Positions 20,549 to 29,182 are shown, counted from the first letter of the stretch. The stretch: DNA of 64,000 bases from Gammaproteobacteria bacterium (GCA_016191235.1 JACPOZ010000013.1:1400-65399); one strand, 5' to 3'. Notes: a model not told the origin generated them from the letters alone. Numbers and translations: made by a program.

Positions 20549-20570
20549 TCAAGCGCAAACGGAAACAGTA

Positions 20571-21461
20571 ATGGCGAATTGCACCCCCCTACGGTATCCC
20601 GGTGGCAAGGCGCGACTGCGGCCTTACTTAGAAAAATTAATCGCTCAGAACAGACTATATGATGCTCATTATGTAGAACCGTTTTGCGGTGGATCGGGTT
20701 TGGCGCTTGATCTGCTATTGAGCTACGTGGTCAGTGCTATTCACATCAATGATTTTGACCGGGCTGTGTTCGCGTTCTGGGACAGCGCTGTATTTCACAC
20801 TGATGATTTATGCGCCAGAATTAGCGATACACCATGCAACATGGACACATGGCACGTTCAACGAACCATCTGGCGTAATCGCGACAAGAGCAATCTTCTG
20901 GAGCTTGGTTTTTCTACGTTCTTCCTCAATAGGACTAATCGTTCAGGCATTCTTGCAGCAGGTGTAATTGGGGGGAAGAACCAGACGGGTAAGTGGAAGA
21001 TCGATGCGCGCTATAACCGTGACGACCTGATTCAACGCATCCAAGCAATAGGAAAGTTTCGCTCCCGTATTAGTGTTTACAACTTAGAGGCACGTAATTT
21101 CCTCGAAGTGATTCAGCCAAAGTTACCCCAGAACGCACTGGTATATCTTGATCCGCCATACGTGGAGAAAGGGCCAGGGTTATATCTCAATCATTACAAC
21201 GAGAAAGATCACCGGGAACTCGCCACATGGGTAACGCAAAAGCTGCATCGCCCGTGGATGGTTTCTTATGACGATCATCCGTTGATACGAGAATGCTACG
21301 GAAAAAACACAGGGGCAGAGATGAATCTGCCATATAGCGCCTACGGCAATGCCCGACGTGGAACCGAGCTGGTATACTTCTCAAAGGGATTGAAGTCGCC
21401 AGATATGCGTGATCGCATTTCGAGGCATCATCAACCTTGGGAAGCATTTATAGCGACCTAA
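20571..21461 (+). CDS. Dam-type (D12 class) N6-adenine DNA methyltransferase
   Basis: N-terminal …PLRYPGGKARL…EPFCGGSG… (AdoMet binding) and catalytic LDPPY. Confidence 0.85.
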   Translation: MANCTPLRYPGGKARLRPYLEKLIAQNRLYDAHYVEPFCGGSGLALDLLLSYVVSAIHINDFDRAVFAFWDSAVFHTDDLCARISDTPCNMDTWHVQRTIWRNRDKSNLLELGFSTFFLNRTNRSGILAAGVIGGKNQTGKWKIDARYNRDDLIQRIQAIGKFRSRISVYNLEARNFLEVIQPKLPQNALVYLDPPYVEKGPGLYLNHYNEKDHRELATWVTQKLHRPWMVSYDDHPLIRECYGKNTGAEMNLPYSAYGNARRGTELVYFSKGLKSPDMRDRISRHHQPWEAFIAT

Positions 21462-21536
21462 AAAATATTTTTAAATTTGGCGTTATACCTTGTGTCCAGA
21501 TTAGATAGTTCTAGGGTTGACCCCTGACTTCCAGAT

Positions 21537-22229
21537 ATGGCCTCGCAAAAATATCCTCCAACCGTTTGGGACGTTGCAGCAGCGTTGAAAAACCGCTACC
21601 ACGACTTCAATCACTATAACCTCAAGGAACCGCTCGACGAATTGCTGTTCATCATTTGCAGTACCAGAACTGACGAAACGGGCTACCGTAGCACCTTCCG
21701 CTCACTGAAAGAAACCTTTCCCACCCATTTGCAGATTGCCGAAGCGCCAGCCGAATATATTGCACGGCCTATCGTTAGCGGTGGTCTATCGAACCAGAAA
21801 GCAAAGGCGATCCGCAATCTTTTCGATGTCATCGTGGCAAAGTTCGGTGAGCCGACTCTGAAGCCATTACGCAAGATGAGCGACAAGGATGCAGAAGTTT
21901 TCTTGTTGTCACTGCCGGGAGTTGGGAAGAAAATTGCGCGATGTGTTTTGATGTACTCGTTAGGCAGGCAAGTTTTTCCTGTGGACACGCATTGCTGGCG
22001 AATCGCCAGGCGTCTCGGCTGGGTCAGGCCGACGCAAAAAGACAAACACTGCGCGCCGCGAGACATGGATCGCCTGCAATCCAAAATCCCGCCCGAGCTT
22101 CGCTACTCGTTACACGTGAACATGATTTCTCTTGGGCGCGAGATTTGCGTCCCGACCACCCCCCGGTGCGATGAATGTCCAATATCGGCTTGGTGCCCCA
22201 AGATTGGCGTGCCACGGATAAGGAAATAA
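21537..22229 (+). CDS. endonuclease III-like HhH-GPD DNA glycosylase with [4Fe-4S] loop
   Basis: HhH motif LPGVGKKIARCVL has Lys at the EndoIII catalytic position. It is followed by VDTH (catalytic Asp) and a C-terminal CVPTTPRCDECPISAWC (C-X6-C-X2-C-X5-C). Confidence 0.8.
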   Translation: MASQKYPPTVWDVAAALKNRYHDFNHYNLKEPLDELLFIICSTRTDETGYRSTFRSLKETFPTHLQIAEAPAEYIARPIVSGGLSNQKAKAIRNLFDVIVAKFGEPTLKPLRKMSDKDAEVFLLSLPGVGKKIARCVLMYSLGRQVFPVDTHCWRIARRLGWVRPTQKDKHCAPRDMDRLQSKIPPELRYSLHVNMISLGREICVPTTPRCDECPISAWCPKIGVPRIRK

Positions 22230-22362
22230 CAAAGATGAACGTGGAGAGTCGCATAACGTTTGGTGTATTGCTGCGCCGTAGCTTTCGGATTTCTCAGAGG
22301 CCCGCCAACAGGTTATAATATCCCGCTTTGCCTTGTTTCCATATAACCGAAAGAAATCATCC

Positions 22363-25158
22363 ATGAGTGACAAAGAACTGCGGGAACGCGTCAGGCTGTT
22401 TGGCAATCTGTTGGGCAATATTCTCCATGCCCAGGCCGGAGAACGGGTGTTTGTCGCCGTGGAAACCTTGCGCAAAGGTTATCTTACCCTGCATGGAAAG
22501 GAAAATGTCCGTAAAAGACAGCAGCTTGCCGAATTTATCAGCGAACTGGACCCGGAGACGCTGACGCATGTGGTGCGCGCCTTCAGCACCTATTTCAGTC
22601 TGGTGAATATCGCCGAGGAGGCTTATCAGCATCGTCAGCGCCGCCTTCAGGTGCGCGCGGGTGGGCCGCTGTGGACAGGGTCGTTTGATGCGACGCTGCG
22701 CGAGTTTCACGACCAGGACATCAGCGCGCAGCAGTTGCAGACAGTGCTCGAACGGCTTGCCTATATCCCCGTGATTACTGCGCATCCCACGGAATCGAAG
22801 CGCCGCACCATCATGGAGGCGTTGCGGCGCATCTTTGTTACCAGTGAGCGTCTGGATGACCCGCGCGTCGGTCCCAACGAGCGTGACGAAATCATCGAAT
22901 TGCTGGAGGGCCAGATCCAGATCCTGTGGAAGACCGATGAGGTGCGTATCCATCGGCCTACGGTGCCCGACGAAATCAAAAACGGCATTTACTATTTTCA
23001 GGAATGCCTGTTCCAGGCGGTGCCGATTACTTATCGTTATCTGGAAAAGGCCATCAAAAAGACCTATGGCGCTGACCCATCCAATGGCAGGGCGATTGCC
23101 GCGCCGAGTTTTCTGCGCTTTGGGTCGTGGATCGGCGGTGACCGGGACGGTAATCCCAACGTCACCCCGGAGACCACGGCGCTTGCACTACGCTTTCAGG
23201 CGCGGGCCGTTCTGCTGGAATACATCAGCCGGGTGACACAGCTTAGCTATGTTCTGACGCACTCCGTGCTGTTGTGTCAGCCGTCCCTGGCGTTTCTGGC
23301 CAGCCTGAAACGGGATGATCACTTCCTGGACAAGGCCTTGCGCGATGCGCCTACCCGGTTCGCTAATGAGCCTTACCGGCGCAAGCTGTACGTGATGCGT
23401 TATCGTCTGGAGGCCAACCTCCTGCTGGTCAAAAAGCGTATCGAAAATAAAGAGGTGAATGATCTGGGGATGGGTTACGACTCCGAGGAGGAATTGCTCA
23501 CCGATCTTTATTTGATGCACGACTCTTTGATCAGTCACGGTGATGCCAGTGTCGCCGAAGGCGATCTTAAGGACCTGATACGGTTGGTGGAGACCTTCGG
23601 CTTTTTCCTGATGCATCTGGATGTGCGCCAGGAGTCATCGCGCCATACTGCGGCTGTTGCGGAATTGCTGGCTCAGCAGCCGGAAGCCGTTAATTATTTT
23701 GCGTTGTCCGAAGTGGAACGCATGGCGCTGCTGTCCGCGGTTATCGCTGAAGATCGCCCGCTGACGGCTGATGCGGATGTGTTGAGTCCCGCCACGCTTG
23801 AAACACTGGAGGTGTTCGCGGTAATGGCGCGGATGCGCCGTGAAATCAGCCCTAAGGCCTTCGGCAGCTATGTTATTTCAATGACCCACGCTGCCAGCCA
23901 CATCATGGAGGTGATGCTGCTGTCGCGCCAGGCGGGGCTGGCGGGTTGCAATGATGAAGGGTGGTTCTGCAATATTCATGTCGCGCCCCTGTTTGAAACT
24001 ATCAACGATCTGGCGCATATCGATCAGGTGCTGACGGCGCTACTCGATAATCCCACCTATGCCGCACTGCTCAAGGCGTCGGGCAACAAGCAGGAGGTGA
24101 TGCTGGGATATTCCGATTCCTGCAAGGACGGTGGGATTTTAACTTCTTCATGGTACCTCTACGAGGCACAGAAAAAGATCACCGCCATCACTACCTCGCG
24201 CGATATCGAATGCCGCCTCTTCCACGGGCGCGGCGGCACAGTTGGGCGTGGTGGTGGCCCTACGCACGAGTCCATTCTTTCCCAGCCTGCGGGCACGGTG
24301 TTCGGCCAGATCAAATTCACCGAACAGGGTGAGATGATCTCGTACAAGTACAGCAACACGGAAACGGCGGTCTATGAGCTTTCCATGGGTATCACCGGGC
24401 TGCTAAAAGCCAGCCGCGGGTTGATCCAAACGCCTGCCGCAGAGCAACGTGAGCATCTTGATACCATGGCCCAGTTGTCGCAGGCCGGAGAGGCGGCCTA
24501 CCGGAACTTGACGGACCATACCGCTGGCTTTCTCGACTATTTCTATGAGGCCACGCCCGTCAGCGAAATCGGCTTGCTCAACATCGGTTCCCGCCCGTCA
24601 CACCGTAACAAGGCTGATCGCTCGAAGAATTCAGTGCGCGCGATTGCCTGGGTATTTGGCTGGGGCCAGTCGCGTCACACATTACCGGCATGGTTTGGCA
24701 TCGGCACTGCGCTGGCGAGCTGGCGGAAAAATACGCCGGAGCGCTTTTCCCAGCTCCAGTCCATGTACAAGGAATGGCCGTTTTTCCGTGCCATGTTGAG
24801 CAATACCCAGATGGCGCTGTTCAAGGCGGATATGTCGATCGCACAGGAATATGCAGAGCTGTGCAATGATGCGGATGCGCGGCAGTGTGTCTATAACCTG
24901 ATCCTTGGTGAGTATGAGCAGACGGTTAGCCAGATTCTGGATGTGGCCGGGATAGAGTCACTGGTCGAGGAAAATCCGCTGCTGGCACTCTCCATGCGCC
25001 GCCGCAATCCTTACCTGGATCCGCTTAATCATATCCAGGTGACCCTGCTCAAACGCTACCGCGACACCTCCCTCAGCGATGCGGAACGCGCCGCCTGGCT
25101 GGACCCGTTATTGCGATCCATCAACGCGATTGCCGCAGGAATGCGCAATACGGGGTAA
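22363..25158 (+). CDS. ppc: phosphoenolpyruvate carboxylase
   Basis: About 930 aa with VITAHPTE, …GYSDSCKDGG…, FHGRGGTVGRGGGP and C-terminal …IAAGMRNTG. The track ORF starts 30 nt earlier (22333). MSDKELRERV… is the more typical N-terminus. Confidence 0.95.
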   Translation: MSDKELRERVRLFGNLLGNILHAQAGERVFVAVETLRKGYLTLHGKENVRKRQQLAEFISELDPETLTHVVRAFSTYFSLVNIAEEAYQHRQRRLQVRAGGPLWTGSFDATLREFHDQDISAQQLQTVLERLAYIPVITAHPTESKRRTIMEALRRIFVTSERLDDPRVGPNERDEIIELLEGQIQILWKTDEVRIHRPTVPDEIKNGIYYFQECLFQAVPITYRYLEKAIKKTYGADPSNGRAIAAPSFLRFGSWIGGDRDGNPNVTPETTALALRFQARAVLLEYISRVTQLSYVLTHSVLLCQPSLAFLASLKRDDHFLDKALRDAPTRFANEPYRRKLYVMRYRLEANLLLVKKRIENKEVNDLGMGYDSEEELLTDLYLMHDSLISHGDASVAEGDLKDLIRLVETFGFFLMHLDVRQESSRHTAAVAELLAQQPEAVNYFALSEVERMALLSAVIAEDRPLTADADVLSPATLETLEVFAVMARMRREISPKAFGSYVISMTHAASHIMEVMLLSRQAGLAGCNDEGWFCNIHVAPLFETINDLAHIDQVLTALLDNPTYAALLKASGNKQEVMLGYSDSCKDGGILTSSWYLYEAQKKITAITTSRDIECRLFHGRGGTVGRGGGPTHESILSQPAGTVFGQIKFTEQGEMISYKYSNTETAVYELSMGITGLLKASRGLIQTPAAEQREHLDTMAQLSQAGEAAYRNLTDHTAGFLDYFYEATPVSEIGLLNIGSRPSHRNKADRSKNSVRAIAWVFGWGQSRHTLPAWFGIGTALASWRKNTPERFSQLQSMYKEWPFFRAMLSNTQMALFKADMSIAQEYAELCNDADARQCVYNLILGEYEQTVSQILDVAGIESLVEENPLLALSMRRRNPYLDPLNHIQVTLLKRYRDTSLSDAERAAWLDPLLRSINAIAAGMRNTG

Positions 25159-25191
25159 GGCTGCTGGCTATTTCAAAGCATCAATTGTTAT

Positions 25192-25240
25192 TAGGGTGCA
25201 TCTTACGCACCAATGATTGTGGTGCGTAAGATGCACCCTA
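25192..25240. repeat. REP pair / perfect 20-bp-stem hairpin (GTAGGGTGC family) between convergent ppc and fabI
   Basis: TAGGGTGCATCTTACGCACC (25192..25211) is the exact reverse complement of 25221..25240, with a 9-nt loop. Confidence 0.9.
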
Positions 25241-25325
25241 CAACTTCACTATTCAGGTCAGGGAGCAAGCTTCCCTGACAAATCCTGCGGGGTGGTTTAG
25301 TGCCAGATACCCCCACGGACTCGCC

Positions 25326-26111
25326 CTAAGACAATCCACCCATCGCGGTGGTGTTGAATCCTCCATCGACATAGGTGATCTCTCCCGTGATGCCAGAGGC
25401 CAGATCGGAGCAGAGGAAGGCGGCGGCATTGCCGACTTCGTCAATGGTGACATTGCGTCGCATGGGCGCGTTCTTTTCCACGTGATCCAGTAGTTTTCTG
25501 AAATCCGCGATGCCGGCGGCGGCCAGCGTTTTGATGGGACCAGCGGAGATGGCGTTCACCCGGATGCCGTCAGGACCCAGGGTCTGGGCCATGTAGCGCA
25601 CATTGGCCTCCAGGCTGGCCTTGGCCAGGCCCATGACGTTGTAGTTGGGCATCGTGCGTTCTGCGCCGAGATAGCTGAGGGTGAGCAGCGCGCCGTTGCG
25701 TCCTTCCATCATGTTGCGCCCAGCCTTGGCCAGCGCAGCAAAGCTGTAGGAGCTGATTTCATGGGCAATGCGGAAGCCCTCGCGGGTTACGCTGTCCAGA
25801 TAGGGGCCTTCGAGCTGTTCGCGCGGGGCGTAGGCGACGGAGTGGACAATGATATCCAGGTGGTCCCAGAAATTATCCAGGTGCTGAAATGCGGCTTCGA
25901 TCTGTTCATCACTGCCCACATCGCATGGCATGGTGATCTCTGACCCGCACTGGGCAGCCATGTCCTCGACACGTTCACGGAGCTTCTCGTTCTGGTACGT
26001 GAATGCCAGCTCCGCTCCTTCGCGCTGCATGGCCTTGGCGATACCCCAGGCGATAGAGCGTGTGCTTGCCAATCCAACAATGAGCGCGCGTTTACCTGTT
26101 AAAAATCCCAT
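25326..26111 (-). CDS. fabI: enoyl-[acyl-carrier-protein] reductase (NADH) FabI
   Basis: [28 protein letters not shown]… with SDR-type FabI pattern (…SYLGAER…Y..M…K…). Confidence 0.95.
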   Translation of the reverse strand: MGFLTGKRALIVGLASTRSIAWGIAKAMQREGAELAFTYQNEKLRERVEDMAAQCGSEITMPCDVGSDEQIEAAFQHLDNFWDHLDIIVHSVAYAPREQLEGPYLDSVTREGFRIAHEISSYSFAALAKAGRNMMEGRNGALLTLSYLGAERTMPNYNVMGLAKASLEANVRYMAQTLGPDGIRVNAISAGPIKTLAAAGIADFRKLLDHVEKNAPMRRNVTIDEVGNAAAFLCSDLASGITGEITYVDGGFNTTAMGGLS

Positions 26112-26339
26112 GTTTCTGCCCTTTTCATAGAATGCCGAGTGACTATCAGGCTATAGTTTACCGTAATGTAAAAAAAGCGTAACTATTCAGCACTTTTTTC
26201 GTAAAAAGTGCAAAAAACACTTGACATGGTTTTTCGTGATTTTCTCCAGCTCCACACGCAGGGGGCCGCTTTGCATTAAAAGCCCCTTCCGGGAACTCAA
26301 GACAGCGAGTGTGCCCTGATTACCCTTGCGATAGTGCAG

Positions 26340-26381
26340 TCAATCGGGGTAACCCAATGCTGTTTCATCACCACCCGCCCA
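26340..26381 (-). pseudogene. 42-bp remnant of a RAYT gene 3' end
   Basis: TCAATCGGGGTAACCCAATGCTGTTTCATCACCACCCGCCCA matches the last 13 codons plus stop of the intact RAYT (26633..26674) with 1 mismatch. Confidence 0.8.
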
Positions 26382-26400
26382 ACGCGCGTAAGGCGTAATC

Positions 26401-26477
26401 GTAGGGTGCAATAGCATAGCGTATTGCACCGTATGCCGCGCCATTCGATGCAATGCCCTTCGGTTATTGCACCCTGC
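26401..26477. repeat. two REP units (GTAGGGTGCAAT… family) in opposite orientation
   Basis: GTAGGGTGCAATAGCATAGCGTATTGCACC is a hairpin. …GATGCAATGCCCTTCGGTTATTGCACCCTGC is the inverted copy, with its GTAG degenerated to GCAG. Confidence 0.8.
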
Positions 26478-26495
26478 CTGATTACATCACGCCCC

Positions 26496-26592
26496 TCAAT
26501 CCCAACTCAACGCCCCCCCACTCTGATACTCAATCACCCGCGTTTCGAAGAAGTTTTTCTCTTTTTTGAGGTCCACCACTTCGCTCATCCAG
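26496..26592 (-). pseudogene. duplicated 3' end of nrdB (last 31 codons + stop)
   Basis: Translates to [31 protein letters not shown], identical to the C-terminus of the intact nrdB (28017..28113). There are 5 nucleotide differences and all are synonymous. Confidence 0.9.
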
Positions 26593-26596
26593 TGCA

Positions 26597-27222
26597 GTAG
26601 GGCGCAATAACCGAAGGGCATTGCGCCGAATGTCAATCGGAGTAACCCAATGCTGTTTCATCACCACCCGCCCAGTCCTTCGGATAAACGCCTTGCTCCA
26701 CCAAATGATGAAACGTTGAATGCGGCCAGTCTGCCACGCGTTTAACCAAGCCATGTTTCATCGGATTGATATGAACATAATCCATGTGCGTACGAAAATC
26801 CGCTTTGTCGCGAATCAGGTGTTCCCAATAGCGGCGTTGCCAGATACCTCGTTCACCACGTCGTGCCCGAACCTCGGAAAGCCGCTCCGTTCGCGGCAAC
26901 GCTTTGGAAAAGTCCATTTTTATCAACCGCCAGCGAGTGGCGAAATCGGCATCGTTTTGTGGCAGTTCGATCACGCAATGCAGATGATCAGGCAACACCA
27001 CCCAGCCATGAATCGTAAAGGGGTGACGTCGCCGCACTGAACGCACGGTGTCGCGCAACAAGTCAACATGCCGTGTCAGTAGATCGTTGCCATGCCGTTG
27101 CAGCAAGTTGACAGTGAAGAAATAGGTGCCACCTGGGTGCCAGGCGCGACGGTAATCAGGCATGGTAGTAGTATCGTGGTAATTCGCATACGGCGCAATG
27201 CCCGTTGGTTATTGCGCCCTAC
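26597..27222 (-). mobile_element. REP - RAYT - REP unit
   Basis: The RAYT gene is flanked by GTAGGGCGCAATAACCGAAGGGCATTGCGCC (26597..26627). Its inverted counterpart GGCGCAATGCCCGTTGGTTATTGCGCCCTAC lies at 27192..27222. Confidence 0.85.
26633..27163 (-). CDS. REP-associated tyrosine transposase (RAYT; IS200/IS605 Y1-like)
   Basis: 176 aa with the HUH motif in VLPDHLHCVI and the catalytic Tyr region MDYVHINPMKHGLV. It is flanked by REPs. Confidence 0.9.
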   Translation of the reverse strand: MPDYRRAWHPGGTYFFTVNLLQRHGNDLLTRHVDLLRDTVRSVRRRHPFTIHGWVVLPDHLHCVIELPQNDADFATRWRLIKMDFSKALPRTERLSEVRARRGERGIWQRRYWEHLIRDKADFRTHMDYVHINPMKHGLVKRVADWPHSTFHHLVEQGVYPKDWAGGDETALGYSD

Positions 27223-27300
27223 GTGCTGGTCATCTGGCAAACCCTTTGACCCAAAAAAAATCGGTATTCAGGCTTGCGGAAAACCATAGGATTTACTCGC

Positions 27301-27918
27301 TCATGGCCCTTTTAGCCCGAGAATTTCCAAGAGAATGGCGGCAATGACTATTGCCGCAATACCAAACACCCACTTCATTAACGGGAGAGCGAAAAACCTC
27401 CAAATGCCATTACGCAAGCGTTTCCACCAAGGGGGCCTTTGTAGAAGGATCTCATCCAAAGCTGTCCTTACGCTTGAAATCCCACGGCGAGAGGCATTTA
27501 TTGCCCCGATCCTCATTGATGAGAGTGCAAGTTCAAAAGCCCGCTCGTGGAACTTGTTGGTGGGAATTGATCCTCCCTTGTAAACGTCCTTGATGTTTTG
27601 CGCCACACTCAAGAACCAATCTTCGGGGAAAGCTTTTGTGATCACAGCCATAATTTGGTCTGCGGCCTTCGGGGTAAGTATGTCTTTTATCGGGGAAATG
27701 GTCGAGACGATCACCTCTCGGGCAATTTTCGCCCTCTCAACGTGACCGCGCCCACAAGCATGATTTATTGCTTCCATCACATCACTAACATGAGGGCAAG
27801 TTGGCGCTGGTCTAATGCCATTACACGCGGTATCCACTGCCTCAAGCGTTACGGAATCAATTTTACGTAGCTCCTCGGCAAGTTTCTTATCGATAAGTTG
27901 AGCTAACTGTGTCTGCAT
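27301..27918 (-). CDS. hypothetical protein with C-terminal transmembrane anchor
   Basis: The ORF is open for 223 codons. The start was chosen at MQTQLAQL (27918) because the upstream extension runs into a REP. The C-terminus has WRFFALPLMKWVFGIAAIVIAAILLEILGL. GC is lower than the neighbours and I recognise no motif. Confidence 0.5.
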   Translation of the reverse strand: MQTQLAQLIDKKLAEELRKIDSVTLEAVDTACNGIRPAPTCPHVSDVMEAINHACGRGHVERAKIAREVIVSTISPIKDILTPKAADQIMAVITKAFPEDWFLSVAQNIKDVYKGGSIPTNKFHERAFELALSSMRIGAINASRRGISSVRTALDEILLQRPPWWKRLRNGIWRFFALPLMKWVFGIAAIVIAAILLEILGLKGP

Positions 27919-27967
27919 GATGGTCTCTTGAGAGTTAATCGGGAAACGCGCGTAAGGCGCGGGATAC

Positions 27968-27998
27968 GGCACAATTCCCTACGGTTATTGCACCCTAC
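27968..27998. repeat. REP unit (GTAGGGTGCAAT family, reverse orientation) just downstream of nrdB
   Basis: GGCACAATTCCCTACGGTTATTGCACCCTAC is the reverse complement of GTAGGGTGCAATAACCGTAGGGAATTGTGCC. Confidence 0.8.
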
Positions 27999-28016
27999 CT
28001 AATTGCATCACGCCCC

Positions 28017-29147
28017 TCAATCCCAACTCAAAGCCCCCCCGCTCTGATACTCAATCACCCGCGTTTCGAAGAAGTTTTTCTCTTTTTTTAGATCCACTAC
28101 TTCGCTCATCCAGGGGAAGGGGTTGGTGGCGCCGGGGTAGAGTTCGGCCAGGCCGATCTGGGCGCAGCGGCGGTTGGCGATGTATTTGAGGTATTCGTTG
28201 AACATCGCGGCGTTGAGGCCGAGCACGCCGCGTGGCATGGTGTCGATGGCGTAGCGGTATTCGAGTTCCACGGCCTCGCGGATCATGTGGGCGATTTCTT
28301 CCTGGAATTCGCGGCTCCACAGGTGCGGGTTTTCGATTTTGATCTGGTTGATGACGTCGATGCCGAAGTTCATGTGCATGCTTTCGTCACGCATGATGTA
28401 TTGGAACTGTTCGGAGGCGCCGATCATTTTGTTGCGGCGGCCGAAGGTGAGCATCTGCACGAAGCCGACATAGAAGAAGATGCCTTCGAAGATTACGTAA
28501 AACGCGATCAGGTCGCGCAGCAGGCGCCGGTCTGTTTCGGGCGTGCCGGTGTGGAAGTTGGGGTCGGCGAGGCTTTGGGTGTAGGGGAGGGACCAGGCGG
28601 CTTTGTTGTGGATCGCGGGTACTTCGCGGTACATGTTGAATACCTCGGCTTCGTCCAGGCCCAGGCTTTCCACCACGTATTGGTAGGCGTGGGTGTGCAG
28701 CGCTTCTTCGAAGGCCTGGCGCAGCAGGTATTGGCGGCATTCGGGGTTGGTGATGTGGCGGTACACGGCCAGCACCAGGTTGTTTGCCACCAGGGAGTCA
28801 GCGGAGGAGAAGAATCCCAGGCTGCGCTTGATGATGAGGCGCTCGTCCTCGGTGAGGCCGGTGGGGCTTTTCCACAGGGCGATGTCGGCGGACATGTTGA
28901 TTTCCTGCGGCATCCAGTGATTGGCGCAGGCGTCGAGGTATTTCTGCCAGGCCCAGGTGTATTTGAACGGCACCAGTTGGTTCAGGTCGGCGCGGCAGTT
29001 GATGATTTTCTTGTCATCCACACGGATGCGCGAGGCGCCCATTTCAAGGTCTTCCAGGCCGATGACGCCGTGCTGGTCTTCCAGCGGCAGGGTGGGCTGC
29101 AGCGGTTTGGGTGGGGTGATGGATAGGGGTTCGTCCCAGTTCAACAT
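28017..29147 (-). CDS. nrdB: class Ia ribonucleotide reductase beta subunit
   Basis: 376 aa with di-iron/tyrosyl radical motifs (…EEALHTHAY…, …IFEGIFFY…, …[10 protein letters not shown]…). Confidence 0.95.
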   Translation of the reverse strand: MLNWDEPLSITPPKPLQPTLPLEDQHGVIGLEDLEMGASRIRVDDKKIINCRADLNQLVPFKYTWAWQKYLDACANHWMPQEINMSADIALWKSPTGLTEDERLIIKRSLGFFSSADSLVANNLVLAVYRHITNPECRQYLLRQAFEEALHTHAYQYVVESLGLDEAEVFNMYREVPAIHNKAAWSLPYTQSLADPNFHTGTPETDRRLLRDLIAFYVIFEGIFFYVGFVQMLTFGRRNKMIGASEQFQYIMRDESMHMNFGIDVINQIKIENPHLWSREFQEEIAHMIREAVELEYRYAIDTMPRGVLGLNAAMFNEYLKYIANRRCAQIGLAELYPGATNPFPWMSEVVDLKKEKNFFETRVIEYQSGGALSWD

Positions 29148-29182
29148 GTTTTTGATCCTCTGTTCGGTTGTGTTTTGTGCTG

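Larger units (their letters stand above)
17100..22330 (+). other. lower-GC DNA-modification/defence island (5 co-directional genes)
   Basis: Base composition drops visibly from GC-rich flanks to AT-richer coding sequence across 17.2..22.2 kb. All five genes are DNA-modification or DNA-cleavage related. The flanking genes (mrcB/lpoP-like, ppc) are core housekeeping. Confidence 0.6.

Noticed and set aside
26530-26754. 74-aa ORF overlapping the RAYT 3' end and the nrdB remnant
   Set aside because: It is an out-of-frame reading across the duplicated nrdB 3' end and a REP. The shared ending …[11 protein letters not shown] with ORF 28051..28320 merely reflects the DNA duplication.
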